64,000 nt of DNA from Bacteroidales bacterium (GCA_041658425.1 JBBAAF010000001.1:26793-90792), one strand, 5' to 3'; positions 46,523 to 57,327 are shown, counted from the first letter of the stretch. Numbers and translations: made by a program. The notes: generated by a model from the letters alone, not told the origin.

Positions 46523-47539
46523 TTATTTCACTTCCCAGGTCGAACCTGAATACATCAAATCGTGTATGGTATGAATTTTACTCTTTTCGTGTATCGCTTC
46601 AATCTGCTCTTCCATCTTCACATCGTATGATTTCGTGGCTTCGCAGGCACGTATCACACCAAGTGCCACCGGATATTTCGGATAGTCCATGTTGGCCAGC
46701 AACAGGTGAATCCCGGCAAATTCGGTATGCGTATCATGCACCAGAAGATCTTTTTCGGATATCCCATTATCGCCCAATTGAACAACATGCAGCTCGTTGT
46801 CCTTCATCATCAGACCTTTATCCTGGTTCTTTCCGAAGATCATCGGTTCACCATGTTTCAGCATGATAATGCGGTCGTCCCTGTTATCGCGGTCGGTGAT
46901 GTCGCCAAAGGTTTGGTCGTTGTAAATGACGCAGTTCTGCAACACTTCAGTGATCGATGTTCCTTTGTGCTTTGCAGCTTCCAGCAGGATCTCGGTCGAG
47001 ATCTTAGGCATCGAATCGATGGTACGGGCAAAGAAAGTACCATTGGCTCCGATAGTGATTCCACCTGGCTTGAAAGGCTGTTCGATGGTTCCAAAGGGCG
47101 AAGTCTTGGTCACTGAGCCTTGTTTCGACGTTGGTGAATATTGCCCTTTGGTTAAGCCGTATATCCGGTTATTGAACAGGATCAGGTTAACATCGATATC
47201 CCTGCGCACCAGATGTATAAAATGGTTGCCCCCGATAGCGAGTCCGTCACCGTCGCCGGTAATGATCCAGACACTCAGGTTTGGATTGGATGTTTTCACC
47301 CCGCTGGCGACTGCCATTGCGCGGCCATGGATTCCATGAAACCCGTATGTATTAACATAATAGGGAAAACGGGATGAGCATCCGATCCCGGATACGAACA
47401 CAACATCTTCATGTTTGTATCCGATCTGGGAAAGGGCTTTAAGAACAGAACTAAGAATAGCGTGATCGCCGCAACCGGCACACCAGCGAACCATCTGGTT
47501 GCTTTTAAAATCTTCCGGTTTTAATTGTTGTATGTCCAT
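46523..47539 (-). CDS. korB: 2-oxoglutarate/2-oxoacid:ferredoxin oxidoreductase beta subunit
   Basis: WCAGCGDH and the TPP-binding GDGDGLAIGGNH motif. 338 aa. Confidence 0.9.
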   Translation of the reverse strand: MDIQQLKPEDFKSNQMVRWCAGCGDHAILSSVLKALSQIGYKHEDVVFVSGIGCSSRFPYYVNTYGFHGIHGRAMAVASGVKTSNPNLSVWIITGDGDGLAIGGNHFIHLVRRDIDVNLILFNNRIYGLTKGQYSPTSKQGSVTKTSPFGTIEQPFKPGGITIGANGTFFARTIDSMPKISTEILLEAAKHKGTSITEVLQNCVIYNDQTFGDITDRDNRDDRIIMLKHGEPMIFGKNQDKGLMMKDNELHVVQLGDNGISEKDLLVHDTHTEFAGIHLLLANMDYPKYPVALGVIRACEATKSYDVKMEEQIEAIHEKSKIHTIHDLMYSGSTWEVK

Positions 47540-47542
47540 TCT

Positions 47543-49387
47543 TTAGTCCTCCAGGTTTTTAAGTATCACCTCTTTAAGGTCTTTTACGGTAAACGGTAAT
47601 CCCATGATCTTATTGAACTTCCGGTACGGATACTCCGGATGCTGCATCCTCAGATAATTTGCAAATTGACCGAGGTTAATTTCGCAAACCAGGAGTTTCT
47701 TGAATCTTCCAAGAATCTCACGTGTATTGGTTGGCAGCGGATAAATATAGTTGAACTGGGCGAGTGCCACTTTGTGGCCTTCGCGGCGCACCTCGGTTAA
47801 AGCAGTGACCATGTGCCCATAGGTACCGCCCCACCCGATGATCAGCAGTTCGGCATCCTCATCTCCGACAATTTCCAGCGGTGGAATATCCTTAGCTACC
47901 TTTTGGACTTTATTCTCGCGAATATGACTCATCAGTTCATGATTCTCAGGAACATAAGAGACCGTTCCGGTAATATTCATCTTCTCGAGACTGCCCAACC
48001 GGTGCTCCATCCCATGGGTACCCGGAACAGCCCAGGTTCTTACCAAAGTTTCGGGATCCCTGGCATAAGGTTGCCAGTTCTGAGTATCCGGTGCCACTCT
48101 TGGTACTTTGATATCCGGAAAATCATTCAAATCGGGAATCCTCCACGGTTCTGATCCGTTGGCCAGGAATCCATCGGTAAGCAGGATAACCGGTGTCATG
48201 TGCTCTACAGCAATTTTACAGGCCATATAGGCATAATCGAAACAGTTGGAAGGTGTTGATGCTGCCATAACCACTACCGGGCTCTCCCCGTTGCGGCCAT
48301 ACAAAGCCTGCATCAGGTCGGATTGCTCGGTTTTGGTTGGCAGGCCCGTTGAAGGACCTCCGCGCTGAACATCAACAATAACCAGCGGAAGCTCAATCAT
48401 AACGGCCAGGCCAATGGCTTCGCCTTTAAGTGCCAGTCCCGGACCGGAAGTGGTGGTAACCGCTAATGACCCTGCAAAGCTCGCTCCGATAGCGGTACAG
48501 ATACCTGCGATTTCATCTTCTGCCTGGAATGTTTTCACTCTCAGATCTTTACGTGCAGCTAGTTCTTCCAGGATACCGGTGGCCGGGGTGATGGGATAGG
48601 AACCGCAGAATAGTTGCAGATCGGCCTTTTCGGCAGCAGCCATCATACCCCAGGCTACAGCAGCATTACCATTGATGCTCCGGTAGGTGCCTTTCTCTAT
48701 CTCAGCCGGCTTTACCTTAAAGTTAGCGGTAAAGGCCTCAATGGTTTCGGCATAATAATATCCATCGTACAACACCTTGATATTGGCCTCAACAAGAAGC
48801 GGTTTCTTGGCAAACTTCGTGTTGAAGAAGTTTACGGCATGCTCCAGAGGCCGGTCGTATAGCCAGCTGACAATACCGAGGGCAAACATGTTTTTACAAC
48901 GCAGAATCGATTTTTGATCCAGTCCGATGTCTTTCAGGCTCTCCCTGGTCAGATTGCTGATCGGGGCTGAAATCACCTGGATCCCTGTAACATCCTCTTC
49001 CAGAAAAGGATCCCCCTTGTATCCGGCTTTCTCGATATTTTTGGCATCAAACTGATCGGCATCATAGATTATGATCCCATCGGGTTTAACCCACCTGAAA
49101 TTTGCTTTCAGTGCTGCCGGGTTCATCGCAACCAGCACGTCACAATAATCACCCGGAGTATTGATCTGGGTATGACCAAAATGGACCTGGAAGCCGGAAA
49201 CTCCACCAACTGTTCCCTGTGGCGCCCTGATCTCTGCCGGGTAATCCGGGAAAGTGGAAACATCATTACCGTAAAGTGCTGACGTATCGGAGAAAAGAGT
49301 GCCGGTAAGTTGCATACCGTCGCCCGAATCACCCGAAAACCGTATGGCCACTTCTTCGATTTCGATGACTTTTGCCTGTTTACTCAT
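47543..49387 (-). CDS. korA: 2-oxoglutarate/2-oxoacid:ferredoxin oxidoreductase alpha subunit
   Basis: 614 aa, a fused gamma/alpha-type OFOR subunit. GNAAVAWG, YPITPA and TSGPGL motifs. Confidence 0.9.
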   Translation of the reverse strand: MSKQAKVIEIEEVAIRFSGDSGDGMQLTGTLFSDTSALYGNDVSTFPDYPAEIRAPQGTVGGVSGFQVHFGHTQINTPGDYCDVLVAMNPAALKANFRWVKPDGIIIYDADQFDAKNIEKAGYKGDPFLEEDVTGIQVISAPISNLTRESLKDIGLDQKSILRCKNMFALGIVSWLYDRPLEHAVNFFNTKFAKKPLLVEANIKVLYDGYYYAETIEAFTANFKVKPAEIEKGTYRSINGNAAVAWGMMAAAEKADLQLFCGSYPITPATGILEELAARKDLRVKTFQAEDEIAGICTAIGASFAGSLAVTTTSGPGLALKGEAIGLAVMIELPLVIVDVQRGGPSTGLPTKTEQSDLMQALYGRNGESPVVVMAASTPSNCFDYAYMACKIAVEHMTPVILLTDGFLANGSEPWRIPDLNDFPDIKVPRVAPDTQNWQPYARDPETLVRTWAVPGTHGMEHRLGSLEKMNITGTVSYVPENHELMSHIRENKVQKVAKDIPPLEIVGDEDAELLIIGWGGTYGHMVTALTEVRREGHKVALAQFNYIYPLPTNTREILGRFKKLLVCEINLGQFANYLRMQHPEYPYRKFNKIMGLPFTVKDLKEVILKNLED

Positions 49388-49418
49388 GACAAATTATTGT
49401 TGTTAGGATATTAGGGTG

Positions 49419-49426
49419 CAAAAGTA
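49419..49426 (-). promoter_or_regulatory. Bacteroidota-type -7 promoter box for korAB
   Basis: The minus strand reads TACTTTTG, 32-39 nt upstream of the korA ATG. Confidence 0.5.
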
Positions 49427-49579
49427 AGCAGATTTATATTGTGATTAAAATGATATTTTCATGTGTGCTTTTACAGCTCAGGAATCAATAAATATTGACT
49501 GGCTATGGCTCTGATAAAATCCAACCAGAGAGATGATCGATAAAATCGCCAACAACTACCTTTTCTATGCGGGATGGTA

Positions 49580-50395
49580 TCAGGAGGATTGACCGCTGCC
49601 CGCAGTTGGCAGACCGTCCAACTTAGCAACAAGGTGTTGTGCACCTGTCAATTGCGCCATAACTTTGCTTAAGCCCTCGGTGTCCCCGGTGGTATAGAAC
49701 TGATAACCGATAACCTCTGAACTTGTATTCAATCCATTATGCTCTTCCAGTACTTTTCTCGTTTGACGGGCAACCGCGGGCGCCGGGTCAATAATCCGGA
49801 TTCCGGCAGGAAGAATTCCCTGAATTATCGGAATCAGGAAGGGGTAATGGGTGCATCCCAATACCAACTGATCAATGCCCTGCTCAACCATCGGTAGCAG
49901 ATATTTGATCAACAATTCTTTTGTTTCGGGTGAATTAATCATTCCATTTTCGATCAGCTCAACCAGGCCGGTTCCGGCTCTCTCATGCAGTTCCACCGAA
50001 TAGGCATAGAGCCCCATAGATCGTTTAAAATGCTCACCCTTAAAGGTTTGTGCCGTTGCCAAAACCCCAATATGGCCTGTTTTCGATTCCATAGCCGCGG
50101 GCTTAACCGCCGGCTCAACTCCAACAAAAGGAAGATTAAACTCCCGGCGTAAAGTGGTGATCGCCGCACCGGTGGCGGTATTGCAGGCGATAACAATCAG
50201 TTTACATCCCTGATCGATCAGGAATCTGGTTATCTCCCGGGAGCGACCGGTAATGAAACTTTTAGATTTTGTTCCGTAAGGTGAATGGGCTGAATCCGCC
50301 ACATAAATCATCGACTCATGCGGAATCTCCCTCACAAGTTCATTCCAAACACTAAGACCACCGATTCCGGAATCAAAAACGCCTATGGGTGCCAA
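49580..50395 (-). CDS. murI: Glutamate racemase
   Basis: PIGVFDSGIGGLSV, IACNTA and GCTHYP motifs. The TTG start lies 1 nt after the skp stop. Confidence 0.93.
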   Translation of the reverse strand: MAPIGVFDSGIGGLSVWNELVREIPHESMIYVADSAHSPYGTKSKSFITGRSREITRFLIDQGCKLIVIACNTATGAAITTLRREFNLPFVGVEPAVKPAAMESKTGHIGVLATAQTFKGEHFKRSMGLYAYSVELHERAGTGLVELIENGMINSPETKELLIKYLLPMVEQGIDQLVLGCTHYPFLIPIIQGILPAGIRIIDPAPAVARQTRKVLEEHNGLNTSSEVIGYQFYTTGDTEGLSKVMAQLTGAQHLVAKLDGLPTAGSGQSS

Positions 50396-50396
50396 G

Positions 50397-50930
50397 CTAC
50401 TTGATGCCCAGCTTGGCTTTCACAAGTGGTAAAATATTCAGGGATTCATCATCCGGAAAGTAAATTACTACACTACTTTGACTTTGAGTATCAAGTATAT
50501 AGGTAAATTTATTAGACTCAGCCACAGCCTTGATGGCATTCTTTAACTTGGCTATGATCGGAGTCATCAAGTCAAGTTGCGTTTTATCAAGTTCCTGCTG
50601 AGCAACAGTCTGAAAATTCTGAATTTTACCCGACATATCTCGCAGTTCAGTTTCCTTTGCATTACGGATAAATTCCGACAATGAATCCCTTTGCTTAGTA
50701 TAAGTATCGAGCAAATTCGTGTACACGGTATTCATGGATTCGAAATTCTTATTGATCTCCACGTTGAATTTTTCATAGATTTTTGCAGCACTATCACGCT
50801 CCGGCATCAATTGAAGAATTGCTTGTGTATCGATATGACCGATTTTTTGCTGAGCAAAAGAAGCAGTTCCGCTTACGAGAATGAACATCGCACAAGCTAC
50901 CAGGGTCAAAAGTAATTTTTTCATTTTCAA
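50397..50930 (-). CDS. skp: OmpH/Skp periplasmic chaperone
   Basis: Signal peptide, coiled-coil-rich 177 aa, located downstream of bamA. Confidence 0.85.
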   Translation of the reverse strand: MKMKKLLLTLVACAMFILVSGTASFAQQKIGHIDTQAILQLMPERDSAAKIYEKFNVEINKNFESMNTVYTNLLDTYTKQRDSLSEFIRNAKETELRDMSGKIQNFQTVAQQELDKTQLDLMTPIIAKLKNAIKAVAESNKFTYILDTQSQSSVVIYFPDDESLNILPLVKAKLGIK

Positions 50931-50995
50931 CGATTAACAGTTAATATAGAACAACCTAATAATGTGTTACTTAAAACGGAGCACAAAGATAGAAA

Positions 50996-51511
50996 TTAAT
51001 TTTGAATTCCCATCTTTTTCAGCACATCGTCACTTTTATCGAATTTTGGATCGGTAAAAAGCATGGTCGGACCGGCAGCCACATCAAAAATAATGGAATA
51101 GCCTCCTTCTGCCGCAAGATCTTTAACTGCCGTAAAAACATCATCCTGAATGGGTTTTACCAATTCCGTACGTTTCTTGTATAGTAACCCTTCCGGGGCA
51201 AAGTATTTTTTCTGCAATTCCTTGACATCTTTTTCCCGCTGCATGATTTCCTCTTCACGCTTGGTTCGCATTTCTTCGGTCAGAAGAACCCGTTCGGCCT
51301 GGTAATCTTTATACAGTTTCTCAATATCGGTACGCTTGCCCTCAATCTCTTTCTGCCACTCTTCGGAATACTTATCAAGTTGCTTTTGTGCTGCATCATA
51401 AGCAGGTATCCTGCCCAGAATATAATCCGTATTTACATAAGCAAACTTCTGGCTGAATCCCATCGTCACCCCGACGATCAGTAAACTTACTGTGAACAAT
51501 ATCTTTTTCAT
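50996..51511 (-). CDS. skp: OmpH/Skp periplasmic chaperone (second copy)
   Basis: Signal peptide, and a charged coiled coil (KQLDKYSEEWQKEIEGKR...). Confidence 0.85.
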   Translation of the reverse strand: MKKILFTVSLLIVGVTMGFSQKFAYVNTDYILGRIPAYDAAQKQLDKYSEEWQKEIEGKRTDIEKLYKDYQAERVLLTEEMRTKREEEIMQREKDVKELQKKYFAPEGLLYKKRTELVKPIQDDVFTAVKDLAAEGGYSIIFDVAAGPTMLFTDPKFDKSDDVLKKMGIQN

Positions 51512-51583
51512 AACCTTAAAATTTTTCTGATTACTTCAATTTTCGTACCAAGTAACGTTTCTTTCATGTAATTTTTTTCTCAG

Positions 51584-51720
51584 GTACCCACCCCAACCCC
51601 TTCCTGAAACAGGGAGGGGCCTCGCTCCGAGGGAAACTCGGTGCTCCTTCCCCCTCCCGTTTTAAGGGAGGGGGCCAGGGGGTGGGTACTTAAAGTCCAA
51701 TTGGCCAGGGGGCGGGTACT
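51584..51720. repeat. Nested G/C-rich palindromic intergenic element (~137 nt) between bamA and skp
   Basis: The outer stem pairs GTACCCACCCC (51584-51594) with GGGGTGGGTAC (51679-51689). The inner hairpin is CCCCCTCCC gttttaa GGGAGGGGG (51650-51674). A direct 18-mer repeat, ggccagggggYgggtact, sits at 51673 and 51703. Confidence 0.85.
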
Positions 51721-51723
51721 AAC

Positions 51724-54222
51724 TTACAATTGCGGTCCCAGCACAAAATGGAACTGACTGTGGTTTTTGCCCGGGTTATTCGGAATTTCATCAAATCCAT
51801 AACCCCAGTCAACACCCATCAGGCCGAACATCGGCAGATAAATCCTAACCCCAACACCAGCTGCCCTTTTCATATCGAACGGATTGAACTCCTTAAATTC
51901 ATACCAGGCATTACCTGCCTCGAAGAAGGCCAGGGCAAACAGGGTGGCATTCGGGTTCAGCGAAATCGGGAAGCGCATCTCCATGGTAAATTTCGTGTAC
52001 AGATTCGCACCTTTTGAAGGTGTCAGCGATCCATTGGCGTATCCCCTCATAGCGATAATATCACGGCCGTAATAGCTATATCCCATCATCCCGTCGCCCC
52101 CGACTTCAAAATTCTCAAACGGGGATCTTGCATACTGATCATAGTATCCAAGGTATCCGAATTCTGCCTTGGTGGCCAAAACAAAGTCGCGTGTTTCACC
52201 GTCTTCGGATCCGCCAATCGACCAGAGTTTGGTATACCAGGATGATTTGAAGCTCCATTTATGATATTCGATCCACTTATAGCGCTCTGTTTCTGTAAGT
52301 TTACTATAATCCTTGCCATTAAACAAAGAATAGGGCGGTGTAATCTGCAGGTTGAGCGAAAAACTGGATCCCATCCTTGGATAGATGATCTGATCCACTG
52401 AACTTCTGCCGAAAGTGTTGGTAAAACTAAAGTTATTGCTGACCCCGTTTTTGATCACAAAGTACGACCAGTCGTCAAGTAAATAGCGTTGAAACGATAA
52501 CTGGTTAAACAAGGTAAAATAATCATCAGGCCAGTTGAGCCGGCGTCCCAAACCAATTGAAGCCCCGGAGATTTTCATCGATTGGTTAAGCGGGTCTTCT
52601 GTCTTCCTTCCGTTGGTTTGAATGGTATGATACAGTGATACCGATAAGGAATTCGGTTTCTTGCCGCCCAACCAGGGTTCAACAAAAGAGGTGCTGTAAG
52701 ACTGATAGTACTTGCCGTTCGACTGGGCACGGATACTCAGGTTTTGTCCGTCACCCGAAGGCAGCGGCCTCCAGGCTTCCTTCTTGAAAAAATTCCGGGC
52801 TGAAAAATTCCCAAACTTAACACCCAGAGTTCCGATAACCATACCGGCTCCCCAGCCTCCTGAAATCTCGATCTGATCATTCGCGCGCTCAACTAACTTA
52901 TATTCAATATCAACAGTCCCATCAAGCGGGTTGGGAATTGGAATCGGCTGAATTTTTTCCGGATCGAAAAAACCAAGCTGCGATAATTCCCGAACCGAAC
53001 GGATAACAGCGGAACGGTCAAATAAGTCGCCCGGTTTGGTGCGGATTTCCCGGCGGATAACATGTTCATTTGTCCTGTCATTGCCGGTGATGATCACCTT
53101 ATTGATCCGGGCAACCTGGCCTTCATGAATGACGATCTGAAGGTCGATGGAATCATTGTCCACATTTACTTCCTGGGTTTCGGCATCATAGAACAGATAG
53201 CCTTTGTCCATATAAGCATTACCAACAGCATCGGGATCATTTCTCAGGCGGTTTTCCAGAACTGTCTGATCATATACCGCACCTTTCTTAATCTTCAGTC
53301 CTGCCGAAAGTTGTTCGCTGGTATATTTCACATTACCTGCCCAGGAGATGTTCCTGAAAAAATACTGTTTACCCTCTTCCATACGGATAACCAGCCCAAC
53401 GGTCCCATCCGGATTATGGTAAAGGGAATCCTTGACGATCCGTGCATCCCTGTATCCTAAAGTATTGTATTTGGCTATAATATTATCCTTGTCATCCTTG
53501 AAGTTGCTTTCAAGAAACTTTGATGCCTTAAAAATGTTATACCAGGCTTTTTGTTTGGTTTCCTTCATAGCCTTCCGAAGCTTTTTCTCCGGCAGGACGG
53601 ATACATTCTCAAAGGTGATCTTCCCGATCTTAACCTTATTCTTTTTATCGACCTTAATATCAAGGACCGTTGAGTTCTGCAAAAGGGTATCAGCTTTCTG
53701 AGTAATAAACACTTCCGTGTTCAAATAGCCTTTGTCGATAAAATGTTCCTTCACCAGGAATTCTGTTCTCGAAAGAGTATACGGAGTAACCAGGTTACCT
53801 CTCACCAGCTTGACTTTCTCTTTCAGATCGTCGGCTTCCTGCTTATTTACTCCTGTAAACGAAAAGCGGGCTAACCTTGGCATTTCCTGCAGGTAGATAT
53901 CAAGAAAAATCTGGTCACCCTCGATCTTGGTGGCAGTAATCCTCACATCTGAAAAGAGTTGCTGATCCCACAATTTCTGGATTGCTGTTGGAATGGCCTC
54001 ACCCGGAACTGTGATCATTTTCCCAACATCCAGTCCTGAAAATTGCAACAAAACATTGTGTGTTAGATACTTGACCCCAGATACAGTTACCCCGCCGATT
54101 TGGTAATCCCGGGGAGTTCGCGAATAATCAAGAATTCGCAACGGCTTATTGGTGATTTCCTGGTTAAAGGCAACAACGGTGGAAAGAATAAGGACGACAG
54201 ATAGTACTAATCTTTTTATCAT
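51724..54222 (-). CDS. bamA: Outer membrane protein assembly factor BamA
   Basis: 832 aa with POTRA repeats and a C-terminal beta-barrel ending ...FHFVLGPQL. Confidence 0.95.
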   Translation of the reverse strand: MIKRLVLSVVLILSTVVAFNQEITNKPLRILDYSRTPRDYQIGGVTVSGVKYLTHNVLLQFSGLDVGKMITVPGEAIPTAIQKLWDQQLFSDVRITATKIEGDQIFLDIYLQEMPRLARFSFTGVNKQEADDLKEKVKLVRGNLVTPYTLSRTEFLVKEHFIDKGYLNTEVFITQKADTLLQNSTVLDIKVDKKNKVKIGKITFENVSVLPEKKLRKAMKETKQKAWYNIFKASKFLESNFKDDKDNIIAKYNTLGYRDARIVKDSLYHNPDGTVGLVIRMEEGKQYFFRNISWAGNVKYTSEQLSAGLKIKKGAVYDQTVLENRLRNDPDAVGNAYMDKGYLFYDAETQEVNVDNDSIDLQIVIHEGQVARINKVIITGNDRTNEHVIRREIRTKPGDLFDRSAVIRSVRELSQLGFFDPEKIQPIPIPNPLDGTVDIEYKLVERANDQIEISGGWGAGMVIGTLGVKFGNFSARNFFKKEAWRPLPSGDGQNLSIRAQSNGKYYQSYSTSFVEPWLGGKKPNSLSVSLYHTIQTNGRKTEDPLNQSMKISGASIGLGRRLNWPDDYFTLFNQLSFQRYLLDDWSYFVIKNGVSNNFSFTNTFGRSSVDQIIYPRMGSSFSLNLQITPPYSLFNGKDYSKLTETERYKWIEYHKWSFKSSWYTKLWSIGGSEDGETRDFVLATKAEFGYLGYYDQYARSPFENFEVGGDGMMGYSYYGRDIIAMRGYANGSLTPSKGANLYTKFTMEMRFPISLNPNATLFALAFFEAGNAWYEFKEFNPFDMKRAAGVGVRIYLPMFGLMGVDWGYGFDEIPNNPGKNHSQFHFVLGPQL

Positions 54223-54238
54223 ACTGATTTTTCAGATG

Positions 54239-54976
54239 TTATAATTGCTCGCTGGTTTTGCCGAACCGTCGTTCACGGTTCTGATAATCTAATAAGGCTT
54301 CATAATAATCTTCAGTCTTGAAATCAGGCCATAGTTTTGAGGTGAAATACAACTCAGTATATGCCAATTGATATAGCAGAAAATTGCTGATCCTGTATTC
54401 GCCGCTGGTTCGGATCAGAAGTTCAGGATCCGGAATGCCGGCGGTTTGCAGGTACTTTTCAAAAGTACCACAGTTCATCTCATCCGGACTGATCTTGCCA
54501 TCACACGCATCCTTAATGATTTCGCGCGCAGCCAAAATTATTTCATACCTTGAACTGTATGAGAGGGCAAGAACAACCGTCAGTCCCGTATTGGCTGCGG
54601 TTGCTTCTATGAGCTGAACCAATTCGTTGCGGGTATTTTCGGGAAGTTTGGTCAGATCACCGATAGACCGTAATCTGATATTATTATCTAAGAGCTTTTT
54701 GGTTTCCTTTTTGATTGTTGATACCAGCAATCCCATCAAGGCATCAATTTCTTCCGCCGGACGGCCCCAGTTTTCAGTGCTGAATGCATAAAGAGTCAGA
54801 TATTCAATACCCAGTTCGGCACTGGCTTTAACCACCTCATCAACCGGTGTCACTCCGTTCTGATGCCCGAAAATCCGGGCAGCGCCTTTCCGGACGGCCC
54901 ATCTGCCGTTACCATCCATGATGATCGCAACATGCCTCGGTAACTTCTCCCTGATTAGTTTATCCTTCAGACTCAT
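54239..54976 (-). CDS. uppS: Isoprenyl transferase (undecaprenyl diphosphate synthase)
   Basis: HVAIIMDGNGRWA, FSTENW and RTSGE.RISNFLL motifs. Confidence 0.95.
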   Translation of the reverse strand: MSLKDKLIREKLPRHVAIIMDGNGRWAVRKGAARIFGHQNGVTPVDEVVKASAELGIEYLTLYAFSTENWGRPAEEIDALMGLLVSTIKKETKKLLDNNIRLRSIGDLTKLPENTRNELVQLIEATAANTGLTVVLALSYSSRYEIILAAREIIKDACDGKISPDEMNCGTFEKYLQTAGIPDPELLIRTSGEYRISNFLLYQLAYTELYFTSKLWPDFKTEDYYEALLDYQNRERRFGKTSEQL

Positions 54977-55638
54977 TTAAGTTTTTTGCGTTCGTTATCG
55001 TAAAACGGACAGGTTCTGCAAAAGTTACTAACCATATATCCAAGAGTAATACCGACATGCGATCGCCAGTTTGACATTAATAAATTATACACAGGCGCAT
55101 CGGGAATTTCGTAATCTTTCTGATATCCTTTTCTTAAAGCCCATTCCGCTCCGATGGTCAGGTTTGGAGTGGCGTTATATCTGACGCCAACATTAAAAGG
55201 CACCCTGATATTCCTGACCAGGTAATTACCCTTTATGGCATCTGCATTTGTTGGTTGCATTATGTTATCCCAAAGCGGTCTATCAACTAGGTAGCTCAAT
55301 CCGACCGAAATATAGGATGTGACCAATTTTTTATCACGTTTAGGGCTGAGCGGATGGAAGTTAAACTCAAAAAGACCGAATGCATCAATCATGTTTGGTT
55401 TGAGATTTACCCGGTCGAACCCGACATTAATGCCTCCCCGCCAGGAATAGCGGGCATTCATGCTGTAACGATAGTAACCACCGGCTGCATAACTCAACCC
55501 GTTAGCATCAGGTATAGGCAGAATGTTATAAAGATGGCCCTGGGTCATTCCCAGGAATAACCCATAGTCATAGCTTTTCTGAGCATTCACTCCGAGCGCG
55601 GCAGAAATAAACCCGATGATTAAAAGTGTTTTCTTCAT
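54973..55638 (-). CDS. DUF6089-type outer-membrane beta-barrel protein
   Basis: Signal peptide MKKTLLIIGFISAALGVNAQ, an alternating beta-strand pattern, and the conserved position between uppS and nadK seen in Bacteroidota. Confidence 0.7.
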   Translation of the reverse strand: MKKTLLIIGFISAALGVNAQKSYDYGLFLGMTQGHLYNILPIPDANGLSYAAGGYYRYSMNARYSWRGGINVGFDRVNLKPNMIDAFGLFEFNFHPLSPKRDKKLVTSYISVGLSYLVDRPLWDNIMQPTNADAIKGNYLVRNIRVPFNVGVRYNATPNLTIGAEWALRKGYQKDYEIPDAPVYNLLMSNWRSHVGITLGYMVSNFCRTCPFYDNERKKLK

Positions 55639-55736
55639 TTCTGAATAACTGCCAAAGCGCAAAGATAGTATAAAATACAAAGGTTTTTTCGAGCCATTAC
55701 GTGACGCGTGGATGATATGGAAAGTTACACCGGCTG

Positions 55737-56639
55737 CTAATTTCTTCTATCTGCTCCCCACATCAGTTTTGTTCTCAGGGTGTGATAAAAGTTATGTTCC
55801 CTAAGCCGGATGGTCTTTATGCAGAATGGCGCTTTGTATATGGTGAGTTCAAGCCGGTCTTCAATAACTGCCGAACGTGAATCGGCCGAAACAAGAAGGT
55901 TCCCGCTGCGGCTTTCAATTTGGAGGGTAAGTTTCATCGAATCCTTAAAAACCAGCGGCCTCACCGTCAGATTATGCGGTGCAATCGGAGAAAGGATAAT
56001 ATTTCGTGTATCCGGTAAAACCAGCGGGCCACCTACACTCAATGAATAAGCAGTTGATCCTGTTGGCGTGGCAACAATCAGCCCATCAGCCCAATATATA
56101 TTCAGAAATTGCCCATCCAGGAAGGCAATTATTTTGATCATGGATGAATCATCACGCTTATGTACGGTGATTTCATTCAAGGCAAAATTAAAATCTCCGA
56201 AAACAGGCTGGTCGCTATCCACCTGAAGAAGTACACGCTCATCAATCCCTGCCTTATTCCGCATGACTGTATCCACTGCAACAGAGATCTCATCCTGCGA
56301 GATATCTGCCAGAAAACCAAGTCGCCCGCTATTTATTCCTGCCAGAGGAATTGGAAGATCCCTTACCAGGGTAACCGCCTCAAGGAATGTACCATCGCCA
56401 CCGATACTGAACATGACTCCCTGCAAGCCTTTTAAATCCTCATAGGTTTGAAAGATCCCGCCATAGGAATATTTTTCATCGTTCCATGAATCGATGAAAT
56501 CTTTTAACGGACCGAAAATCATTACTTTAACATTATATTCAAGTAACTGATTCAACAACAGCCGAAAAGGAAGCCTGAACCCCTCATCAAATTCCCTGCC
56601 GAATAAGAATATATGCTTCACAACCGGCTCAGTTTTCAT
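55737..56639 (-). CDS. nadK: NAD kinase
   Basis: GGDGTFL, TPTGSTAY and NE.TV motifs. Confidence 0.93.
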   Translation of the reverse strand: MKTEPVVKHIFLFGREFDEGFRLPFRLLLNQLLEYNVKVMIFGPLKDFIDSWNDEKYSYGGIFQTYEDLKGLQGVMFSIGGDGTFLEAVTLVRDLPIPLAGINSGRLGFLADISQDEISVAVDTVMRNKAGIDERVLLQVDSDQPVFGDFNFALNEITVHKRDDSSMIKIIAFLDGQFLNIYWADGLIVATPTGSTAYSLSVGGPLVLPDTRNIILSPIAPHNLTVRPLVFKDSMKLTLQIESRSGNLLVSADSRSAVIEDRLELTIYKAPFCIKTIRLREHNFYHTLRTKLMWGADRRN

Positions 56640-56645
56640 ATCCCA

Positions 56646-57311
56646 TCAAATATTCATGTATTTCATAAACTCCTCATATCTCGACCGGTAAAAATCATCC
56701 AACTGGCTGTTAGCCAGAAAATAAGACTTTACGGTATAACCATAACGATCAAAGGAGCGCATCAATGAACTGGTTTCCTCAGTGTTAACCTTTATTGTGG
56801 CCGTAAGTTCCCGGCCATTCGGATCAGGAATCACGTACAGACTGATCATCTTCGCATTATTGTCCTCGATAATCCTCGACAGCATTGTTGGAGAGTAATC
56901 CTGCAGAGCAAGGCTAAGGACAAGTATGGCGCCGGGCTGACCGGCCGCGGTGAGCATGCTGAAGTTCCTTACCAGCGAAGGCAAAGTTATGCTGCCTTTA
57001 TACTCTTTCCCTGGTGTAAGTACCGGCAAAAGCGTCAGTTCATAACGCGACACCAAATCAATAACTTCGTAAACATGCTGATTTTCAATTACTGAAATAG
57101 CCAATAAATTGATTACCTGCGTACCTATGAGTTGGCTTGGGTCGGTAAACTCCCTGACATCTTTTTCTGATATCAGGCCAAGATATTCCCCGTGATCAAC
57201 AACCGGCAGGTGAGCAACCCTGAATTCCACCATCCGGTCAATGACCTGACTCACTGTATCAGATCCTGTTACAGCAGGGATAAGGTTGGAAACCAGGTCT
57301 TGGGCCAGCAT
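56646..57311 (-). CDS. CBS domain pair protein
   Basis: Two CBS motifs (HLPVVD...GLISEKDV; LLPVL). I chose the ATG at 57311 to avoid overlap with the divergent pdxJ. Confidence 0.75.
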   Translation of the reverse strand: MLAQDLVSNLIPAVTGSDTVSQVIDRMVEFRVAHLPVVDHGEYLGLISEKDVREFTDPSQLIGTQVINLLAISVIENQHVYEVIDLVSRYELTLLPVLTPGKEYKGSITLPSLVRNFSMLTAAGQPGAILVLSLALQDYSPTMLSRIIEDNNAKMISLYVIPDPNGRELTATIKVNTEETSSLMRSFDRYGYTVKSYFLANSQLDDFYRSRYEEFMKYMNI

Positions 57312-57327
57312 TTCGGCGGATAATTCG

